Assembly (NCBI GenBank): GCA_944362705.1
Contig: CALVTO010000001.1
Location: 359,366 to 423,365 of the forward strand
Source: an uncultured Clostridia bacterium
GTDB lineage: Bacteria > Bacillota > Clostridia > Christensenellales > UBA1242
DNA: 64,000 nt
Direction of reading: 5' to 3'
Positions 57,528 to 64,000 of the stretch are shown one piece after another (position 1 is the stretch's first letter; each line of letters opens with the position of its first letter). The position numbers and the translations under genes are program-made. The notes below the pieces were generated by a model. It made no database searches, was not told where the DNA came from, and saw only the letters and a program-made list of their open reading frames with translations.

Positions 57528-58712
57528 CTATTTATCCTCAACTTTTATAATGTTTGCATCTATTTTCTTATGAGCCGTTTCTATGCGCACTACATCGCCA
57601 ACATTTGCATTTTCTATGCTTTTCGTAGGTTGCAAAGAAACTTTAGCATATCCTTTTTTTAGTAAACTCATCGGGTTTTGCTTTTCGATGCTTGTTTGTA
57701 ACACAAGTATTTGCAAACGCAAATTTTCACAAATATATAACAATTTTGTAGAAATGTTTTTCCATATGGCTTGTATAGTTTGTAACCCTTGTGCTTGCTT
57801 GTGTTCGCATTGCAATGTAATGGTGTGCATTGTTTGCCCTAATTTTAGTTGTAATCCTTGTACTTTTTGACATAATTTTGTGTAAATATTTTGTAAATGC
57901 ACGTATAAAGCATTTGCATAATCGGCTTCGTTAAAAACCACCATATCGGCAGCAATAGAAGGCGTACCCGCTCTTGCGTCGGCAACAAAATCGGAAATAG
58001 AATAATCCGTTTCGTGACCCACAGCCGATACAATAGGAATGGTGCTTTTATAAATGCATCTTGCTAACATTTCTGTATTAAAAGGGGCAAAATCTTCAAA
58101 CGAACCGCCACCACGAGCAAGAATAATGCAATCTACCATTTGCTGTTGGTTAAAGTATGTAATACCTTTACAAATCTCTTCAACAGCACCCTCCCCTTGT
58201 ATTTTCGAAGGGTATATCATAATGGTTATGTGTTTGTTTTTTTCGCGAACAACACGAATAATATCTTTTATAACAGCGCCACCGGTACTAGTTACTACCC
58301 CTATACATTTTACGTATTTAGGTATTGACTTTTTGTGTTGCTCGTCAAACAATCCTTCGTCTTGTAGTTTTTGTTTTAATGCTACATATTGCTGGTACAG
58401 CTCACCCAAGCCATAAGGCTCTATTTTTTTTGCTAAAAACCCAAGTTTGCCAGATTTTGTGTTGTAGTACAATTTACCATAAACAACCACTTTATCCCCA
58501 CTTTTAATGGGTGTAGGAATATATTGAAAACAAACACACGAAATGCATGAACTTTCATCTTTTAAATCAAAATACGTTACCGAATGTAAATTTTTAAAAT
58601 TTGAAACTTCACCAAAAACGTTGATACCTATAAGCATTTCTTCGGCATCAACGATTTGTTTTATATATGTGTTTAATTGTGTAACAGAAATTGTCCAAAC
58701 TTTATCTGCCAT
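57528..58712 (-). CDS. xseA: Exodeoxyribonuclease VII large subunit
   Basis: OB-fold N-terminus (VWTISVTQLN..IK). Central ILARGGGS.EDF..FN and SAVGHETD motifs. Confidence 0.93.
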   Translation of the reverse strand: MADKVWTISVTQLNTYIKQIVDAEEMLIGINVFGEVSNFKNLHSVTYFDLKDESSCISCVCFQYIPTPIKSGDKVVVYGKLYYNTKSGKLGFLAKKIEPYGLGELYQQYVALKQKLQDEGLFDEQHKKSIPKYVKCIGVVTSTGGAVIKDIIRVVREKNKHITIMIYPSKIQGEGAVEEICKGITYFNQQQMVDCIILARGGGSFEDFAPFNTEMLARCIYKSTIPIVSAVGHETDYSISDFVADARAGTPSIAADMVVFNEADYANALYVHLQNIYTKLCQKVQGLQLKLGQTMHTITLQCEHKQAQGLQTIQAIWKNISTKLLYICENLRLQILVLQTSIEKQNPMSLLKKGYAKVSLQPTKSIENANVGDVVRIETAHKKIDANIIKVEDK

Positions 58713-59103
58713 ATTTTTTTACAATACTTGCAAGTACTCCGTTAATAAATGAAGCACTTTTTTCGGTAGAATATTTTTTCGCCAAACAAATAGCTTCGTT
58801 TACACTTACTGCAACCGGAATATCTTTCCTTTCTTTAATTTCATAAGTAGCAACTAGCAAAATAGCTAAATCAATTTTATATAATCTTTCTAACCCAAAC
58901 CCTTTGGCTGTTGCTTCTATTTCTTCACAAAGAGAATCAAAGTCTTTAATGATTCCTTCATATACGCTTACTACGTATTCCGATTCACTTTGCACGCGCA
59001 CGTCTTGCAATGCATGTTCTAGCATATACATATCATTTTCTTTATTTAAACAATAGGCATACATAAGTTTAAAAACTTCTTCTCGCGCCTCTTTTCTTCC
59101 CAT
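58702..59103 (-). CDS. nusB: Transcription antitermination factor NusB
   Basis: RKEAREEVFKLMYAY N-terminus, ..A...AKKY....S..FINGVL, 133 aa. Confidence 0.9.
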   Translation of the reverse strand: MGRKEAREEVFKLMYAYCLNKENDMYMLEHALQDVRVQSESEYVVSVYEGIIKDFDSLCEEIEATAKGFGLERLYKIDLAILLVATYEIKERKDIPVAVSVNEAICLAKKYSTEKSASFINGVLASIVKKYGR

Positions 59104-59117
59104 AATTGATTCCTTTT

Positions 59118-60152
59118 CTATAATCCTTTGCCCATATCATTTGTTACTTCGGGAGTCTCAACGTAATCATTAACATAAAAAGACGACCCGTCGTTAAACA
59201 TAGCAGCAAGATCCTGAGATGGATTTTTATTTTCATTTGTTTCCAACTTTCCTGCCTCTTTTTCTATAGGCTGTTTTTTTATTTCTATTGGCTTTTGAAA
59301 TTGAATTGGCTCAGCTTTTTCTTTTTGCACTTTAACATCTTTTTTGTTAAAACTTGCATCTCCAAATTTTTCAGCTCTAAAATTGGTGCCCTTTTTAGGG
59401 TTTATAATTTTAGGCACAGAAAAAGGTGAGTCTTTACCTTTTTTCTTTCCGTCAGCCTTCTTTACCTTTTTGTCATCTTTTTTTACTTCCTTTTTGTCCG
59501 CCGTTTTTTGTTGCTCTTTTTGCTGTTGCGCTTCTTCTTCTAGTTTCTTTTTTTCAGCCTCCAAGCGTTCTTTTTCAGACAACTTTCGTTTATATGCTTG
59601 GTCTTTTAATCCAGAGGATTTTTCGTTTTTATTTAAATCGCTTTCATTCTCTTCAGCGTCTTTTTTGTTTTTACCCCCTCTAGCCACTTTACCAACGTAA
59701 TGTTTTACAGCAAAAATAGTAGGTTTTTCTTTACCGTTTTTATCAAATCTAGGCATTTGCCCAACCATTTCATACACAGTTGGTACTCTTTCCCCAAACT
59801 CATCATACTCTGGTTCAATATTCATGTATGTGTATAAATCAATCACGTTGCCGTCTGCATCATACACCGGTTTTAACCCTAAATCTTCATAAGCTTGAAT
59901 TAAAAACTCGTTGCGTTGTTGTTGTGCAAGTTGTTCTTCCTGCCTTTGTTTTTCAAGCAAAGCTTCACGCCTTTTATCGTAAAGAAAATAAATAAAGTAT
60001 GCTACAAACCCAGCTGATTGCAAACCCAGCATAACCCAAAAAATAATGGCTGCTTGGCTAGCAATGCATATTGCCGTTATAATATAAGCTATTTGCAAAA
60101 AAATTAACGTGTATGCATATAGTTTTTGCATTTCATTTTTTTGAAACCCCAT
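59118..60152 (-). CDS. Membrane protein with a 2-TM N-terminus and a long K/E-rich low-complexity tail, unknown function
   Basis: AAGGGGAAAG RBS. Two hydrophobic helices, then an EKQRQEEQ.. / KKEVKKDDKKVKK charged region. Confidence 0.55.
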   Translation of the reverse strand: MGFQKNEMQKLYAYTLIFLQIAYIITAICIASQAAIIFWVMLGLQSAGFVAYFIYFLYDKRREALLEKQRQEEQLAQQQRNEFLIQAYEDLGLKPVYDADGNVIDLYTYMNIEPEYDEFGERVPTVYEMVGQMPRFDKNGKEKPTIFAVKHYVGKVARGGKNKKDAEENESDLNKNEKSSGLKDQAYKRKLSEKERLEAEKKKLEEEAQQQKEQQKTADKKEVKKDDKKVKKADGKKKGKDSPFSVPKIINPKKGTNFRAEKFGDASFNKKDVKVQKEKAEPIQFQKPIEIKKQPIEKEAGKLETNENKNPSQDLAAMFNDGSSFYVNDYVETPEVTNDMGKGL

Positions 60153-60169
60153 TCGCTTTCCCCTTACAT

Positions 60170-60210
60170 TTTTTTAAAAAAACCAAAAACCTTTCTAAAA
60201 AGAAAGGTTG
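60170..60210 (-). terminator. Terminator after the asp23-family gene
   Basis: AACCTTTC / GAAAGGTT stem, followed on the minus strand by TTTTTGGTTTTTTT. Confidence 0.7.
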
Positions 60211-60218
60211 TTTGTTTA

Positions 60219-60602
60219 TTATATAACAGCCACGCCTTGGTCTTCGTCTATAAAAACGACACCCAAAACATGTACATTGATATTATCGACCTTAAAATCT
60301 GTCATAGATTCAATGCTAGATTTAACGTTTTCTTGCACGCGATACGCAACATCGTTGACACTATAACCAAATAAAACGTTTACATAAACATCTACAACAA
60401 CGTGGCTTTCGTTAACATATTCTATTTTTAGGCCGTAATGATGATTTTTAGAAAACCATAGTTTAAACTTAGAAAACCCATATGGATTTAATGAAGCAAC
60501 GCCACTAATTTCTTTTGTAGCCAAACCAATAATCGATTGCAAAACACTACGTTTGTAAGAAACAGAACCGTCTTCACTTGTTAAAATATTTTTTTGTGCC
60601 AT
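60219..60602 (-). CDS. Asp23/Gls24-family envelope stress protein (YqhY-like)
   Basis: VLQSIIGLATKEISGVASL and V.V.....VVVDVYV pattern, upstream of nusB as in Bacillus. Confidence 0.85.
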   Translation of the reverse strand: MAQKNILTSEDGSVSYKRSVLQSIIGLATKEISGVASLNPYGFSKFKLWFSKNHHYGLKIEYVNESHVVVDVYVNVLFGYSVNDVAYRVQENVKSSIESMTDFKVDNINVHVLGVVFIDEDQGVAVI

Positions 60603-60627
60603 ACACTATACCTCGAATACGTATAAA

Positions 60628-60655
60628 CTTGAAAAGATTATTTATAAAATAATCT
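60628..60655 (-). terminator. Terminator at the end of the spoIIIA operon
   Basis: AGATTATTT-ATA-AAATAATCT 9-bp stem, followed on the minus strand by TTTT. Confidence 0.55.
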
Positions 60656-60707
60656 CCCTATTTTTTAATAGTATAGCATACCAAGTAGGAAAAAACAAGT
60701 AAAAATA

Positions 60708-61223
60708 TTATTGAATTGGCACAACCTTAACACTGGTTGCCTTGCATCCGGTTTCCGTAGTAACTACGCTTAAAATTTGAGCAACTTCTGTACTTGTTAA
60801 AGCTTCTTTACCTTTTACAATAACGTTAATACCACTAGAAGCCATTGTAACAACTGCATCTTCATAACCTTTGGCTTTAATTAAGTTTTCAACAATAAGC
60901 TCTTTTTCCATATTTGCAACAATTTCCATTTTCTTTTGTGTTGCAGTTTCTTTATGTTCAGCACTAGCGGTAGCACTGTTAATAATTTCATCTAAATATG
61001 CAATTTCTAAATTTCTTGTTTCGGTTCTATCTGCTCTGTATGTGACAAAAAAGTTACCAGAAACTACAGCACTAGAAGACGAATTTTCTACCGTGTTTTG
61101 TTTAGCCAAAAACACATTTAATCCTCCAGTAATAACTAAGAGCAACACCATGCTAACTAATATAAAAATTTTTTTCTTTTTACTCATATCTTTTTTACCC
61201 TCCTTAAAATAAAAAATTTTCAT
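60708..61223 (-). CDS. spoIIIAH: Stage III sporulation protein AH
   Basis: K-rich N-terminus plus TM helix, with a C-terminal YEDAVVTMASSGINVIVKG...V.QI pattern. An alternative start at 61187 (MSKKKK) is also plausible. Confidence 0.8.
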   Translation of the reverse strand: MKIFYFKEGKKDMSKKKKIFILVSMVLLLVITGGLNVFLAKQNTVENSSSSAVVSGNFFVTYRADRTETRNLEIAYLDEIINSATASAEHKETATQKKMEIVANMEKELIVENLIKAKGYEDAVVTMASSGINVIVKGKEALTSTEVAQILSVVTTETGCKATSVKVVPIQ

Positions 61224-61753
61224 ACACCTGTCCCCTCTAATATACTAATATGCGCTTCATCAATATCGAAAATTGCCGAAATGGCCTGCGAAATTGTTAA
61301 TTTTAGTCGAACATCTTTCGCACCTTCACATACAATCAATATACCTTTAAGCTCCGGGGATTTTTGCTGAATAACATAGTTATGAACACTAGAAGAACTA
61401 CCCCAAATGGATGAAGAAGTATTCGATTCGTCTTCGTGTGCAGAATCTTCTGTAATAAGCGTAACACCCGATTCAACCACAACAAACACTTTTGCATTTC
61501 CAGCACCTTTTATACTTGAAAGCACCTGTTCTAATCTATGTTCTACAAACTCAGAATATGCCTGAACATTTGTTAAATCTTTATATGTTGTTTCACTTGT
61601 TTGGCTTGGGTTATTTGAAGTATTTGTTGCACCGGTATTCCAAAACACAACAACCGCCACCAAAACCAGAACAAACACCACAAGTAACACATACTCTTTT
61701 TTCTTTAACGAAGAAAACCATTGTTTTATATTCCCCAGTTTATGTTCCTTCAT
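61220..61753 (-). CDS. spoIIIAG: Stage III sporulation protein AG
   Basis: N-terminal TM helix and C-terminal GILIVCEGAKDVRLK..I..A......D....I.IL. Confidence 0.8.
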   Translation of the reverse strand: MKEHKLGNIKQWFSSLKKKEYVLLVVFVLVLVAVVVFWNTGATNTSNNPSQTSETTYKDLTNVQAYSEFVEHRLEQVLSSIKGAGNAKVFVVVESGVTLITEDSAHEDESNTSSSIWGSSSSVHNYVIQQKSPELKGILIVCEGAKDVRLKLTISQAISAIFDIDEAHISILEGTGV

Positions 61754-62228
61754 TTCCTACTCCATATACAAAAATATCACTTGTATTTATTTCAAAATAT
61801 GATTGAATACTTTGTTTTATGTCTTCAATGACTTCTTTATTACAAGCATCTATGTTTTCAATAAATACAAACACTTGCGTAACTTTTAGCGTAAAATTTT
61901 CCTGCAAAATATACGAAAACTCAAACTTGCATTTTATAGCATATTTTTGCTCAATACTTTGTTGCATATTATGTAAAGTCGTTTGTATTTCTTCTCGTCT
62001 ACACTGCTCAATAAAAGAAGAATCAACAGAATAAGAACCATATACATCATCTAACGATAAATCAAACGATGCACTTAACACTTTACACACGGGTGCAACC
62101 ATAATAAAAAACACGCAAATTCCAAGAAATGTTTTTACCACAGGTTGCATTTTACCTTCCGGCAATAAAAACAAAGCCAAAGTTGACACAATAATACCCG
62201 CAATAACACTTAATAACCATTCTGTCAT
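61740..62228 (-). CDS. spoIIIAF: Stage III sporulation protein AF
   Basis: MTEWL.. N-terminus with 2 TM helices, in the operon position between AE and AG. Confidence 0.75.
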   Translation of the reverse strand: MTEWLLSVIAGIIVSTLALFLLPEGKMQPVVKTFLGICVFFIMVAPVCKVLSASFDLSLDDVYGSYSVDSSFIEQCRREEIQTTLHNMQQSIEQKYAIKCKFEFSYILQENFTLKVTQVFVFIENIDACNKEVIEDIKQSIQSYFEINTSDIFVYGVGNEGT

Positions 62229-63413
62229 TTACACCACTCCGTTTGCTGTAAAAATTACCATTGCAATACTAAAAATGTACATAATTGCAACGCCAAAAAC
62301 CAGTGCAAAAAAGTATTTGATACACTTAGAAATTTCTTCAAAAAAATTACATAAATTCCCATCAGAAACAGGCTCTAAAATGCCCGCTAAAAATTTAAAT
62401 AATAGTTGAAAAAACATCAAAGAAAGCAATGGCACCGCTACAGATTGTAATACAATAAAAATTCCACCTACTCCAACGGCATTTTTTAAAAGTACACTGC
62501 TTGCCCGAACAATTTCAAAACCATCAGAAACATATCCACCCAACACAGGCACATAATTTTTAATAGAGTATTTTGCTAACTTCACACTTATTCCGTCCGA
62601 TGCTGAAACCACAACGCCTTTCATGGTTAATACGCTTAAAAATATAGAACACGTAGTACCAATACCCCATTTTAATAAAGAACTCATAAAGCTTTTTATT
62701 TTACCCACTTTAATTTCGCTGGAAAGCGACTGTACAATGCATAAAACAAAAACCATAAATCCTAAAGGTAACAACACCTTTGAAAAAATAGAAGCAACCC
62801 CTTGCGAAAGCACATAAGCTAAAGGCTGATACACGCCAGCACTTTTAACAGCGCCTGTTGCAGTTAGCACCGTTAATAGTATTGGAAACAATGCATCCAT
62901 TTGTTTGTGCATAGAGTCTATGGCTAAAGTTGTTGTTTGTATTGCACTTTTAACAACATACACAACAATAAAAACAACTGCCGTATAAATAGAAAAATAA
63001 ACAACTTTTTCTAAATCTTTCCTACCAGCCGAAAAATATTTATAAACGCCCAATAATATACCCAACACAACGAACAAAACAATAATAGGTTTTACTGTAT
63101 CCCACAGGTTTTGCAATATGGCCGAAAAAAATTCAGCCGGCGTTTCGGTTGTTAGCCCGTCACCTTGCAAAAGTCCTAAAACCAAATCTTTAAAAGCAAT
63201 ATTAGGTAGTAACCCTTGTTCTGTTAACGCACCTAGAACTTTCTCATATTCTTCCATATCTAAGCTATTTAATTGTTCGTCTAAAGATTCATACATCTCC
63301 TCTTCAGTAGCTGCAAACGCAATAGCACTATAAGAAGCAGTAAAAGGAGTGCTTACTTTTATAAGAAACCACCCCAACAAAACACAAACAAACAACACCC
63401 AAACTTTTTTCAT
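62229..63413 (-). CDS. spoIIIAE: Stage III sporulation protein AE
   Basis: 394 aa with a signal peptide and polytopic membrane body, in the expected operon position. Confidence 0.8.
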   Translation of the reverse strand: MKKVWVLFVCVLLGWFLIKVSTPFTASYSAIAFAATEEEMYESLDEQLNSLDMEEYEKVLGALTEQGLLPNIAFKDLVLGLLQGDGLTTETPAEFFSAILQNLWDTVKPIIVLFVVLGILLGVYKYFSAGRKDLEKVVYFSIYTAVVFIVVYVVKSAIQTTTLAIDSMHKQMDALFPILLTVLTATGAVKSAGVYQPLAYVLSQGVASIFSKVLLPLGFMVFVLCIVQSLSSEIKVGKIKSFMSSLLKWGIGTTCSIFLSVLTMKGVVVSASDGISVKLAKYSIKNYVPVLGGYVSDGFEIVRASSVLLKNAVGVGGIFIVLQSVAVPLLSLMFFQLLFKFLAGILEPVSDGNLCNFFEEISKCIKYFFALVFGVAIMYIFSIAMVIFTANGVV

Positions 63414-63790
63414 AGCAAATCAACAATTAACTGAAACAATTGTTCTAACATAGGTAAAGAAATAAGCAAAATACAAATTTTGCCTGCCCACAATAATTTT
63501 ACGGCAACACTTTTAAGCCCGGCATCTTCAGCAAAACTTGTTGCAAATTCTGTTAGAAACCCTATCCCGATAATTTTGCACACAGGACGGATAGACCCCT
63601 TTACCAAATCGTTTAAAACACCAAAATTTGAAAATGCTGAAATAATAGATTGTAAAGGGTCTAACATAAGCGAAAAAACAATAAACCCGCCAACCAAAGG
63701 AATAAAAAAAGCAAATTCAGGTTTATATTGCTTAACAATAATGGTGGAAATAATTGTAACAAGTGCAATGCAAATAATTTTAAAAATCAT
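63410..63790 (-). CDS. spoIIIAD: Stage III sporulation protein AD
   Basis: 126-aa 4-TM protein. ..IVKQYKPEFAFFIPLVGG aligns with B. subtilis IVKEQKPTFAFLIVVFAG. Confidence 0.85.
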   Translation of the reverse strand: MIFKIICIALVTIISTIIVKQYKPEFAFFIPLVGGFIVFSLMLDPLQSIISAFSNFGVLNDLVKGSIRPVCKIIGIGFLTEFATSFAEDAGLKSVAVKLLWAGKICILLISLPMLEQLFQLIVDLL

Positions 63791-63791
63791 A

Positions 63792-63995
63792 CTAATACAT
63801 CGTAAAAATCATTTTCATAGATTCAAACAACGATCCCACCATATCCATCACCATATATAAAACAACAATTAAACCTGCAAGAGTTGTTAAGGTTGCAATT
63901 TCATTTTTCCCTGCATGCTGTAAAACCTGACTTACAATAGCAGTAATTAAACCAACCGCTGCAATTTTAAAAATTATTTCTACGCCCATATTCAC
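63792..63995 (-). CDS. spoIIIAC: Stage III sporulation protein AC
   Basis: 67-aa 2-TM protein. GVEIIFKIAAVGLITAIV..VL..AGK resembles B. subtilis SpoIIIAC. GGAGGTG RBS. Confidence 0.85.
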   Translation of the reverse strand: MNMGVEIIFKIAAVGLITAIVSQVLQHAGKNEIATLTTLAGLIVVLYMVMDMVGSLFESMKMIFTMY

Positions 63996-64000
63996 CTCCA

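Noticed and set aside
1-64000. A scan for CRISPR arrays, IS elements or transposases, prophage blocks, restriction-modification systems, retron/DGR reverse transcriptases or other defence islands.
   Set aside because: I saw no regularly spaced repeat array, no transposase, RT or nuclease-like ORF, and no phage structural genes. The only recombinase is a single XerS-like gene in a housekeeping context.

Overview
This is a chromosomal segment from a low-GC, endospore-forming Firmicute with Clostridia-like gene content. All product calls come from reading motifs and synteny in the supplied translations. No homology search was possible.

I count about 64 credible protein genes and 8 tRNAs. Housekeeping genes include ftsK (3' end), rimO, pgsA, a cinA-like gene, recA, rny, serS, lexA, the miaB-mutS-mutL-miaA block, thiI, a cysteine desulfurase, a class A PBP, an ABC-F ATPase, plsC, rluB, scpA/B, recN, xseA/B and nusB.

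The sporulation set is dense: yunB, spoVAC-D-E, spoIIAA-spoIIAB-sigF, ytfI/ytfJ, two DD-carboxypeptidases, spoIIM, spo0A, spoIVB and spoIIIAC-AH.

Coding polarity flips from mostly + (1-19.6 kb) to mostly - (19.7-64 kb). Together with ftsK and an XerS-like recombinase, this suggests the window spans the replication terminus.

I found no CRISPR array, transposase, recognisable defence system or toxin-antitoxin pair, so I cannot point to a clear new multi-gene system. The most unusual items are:
- a 1.7-kb ORF-free, A+C-skewed block (10.9-12.6 kb) holding two diverged copies of a module with a CAACGC-N3-CAACGC-N-CTGAGACA core;
- a 128-nt direct repeat that duplicates the 3' end of tRNA-Trp together with a terminator and a GC-rich double hairpin;
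- an 840-aa protein with two tandem PadR domains, a roughly 470-aa acidic linker and a 4-TM anchor;
- a syntenic Spo0A whose receiver domain has lost most phospho-acceptor pocket residues;
- an AT-rich single-gene islet framed by TTTTGAAACTA repeats.

Start codons were refined by hand from RBS and alignment logic and are less certain than stops.
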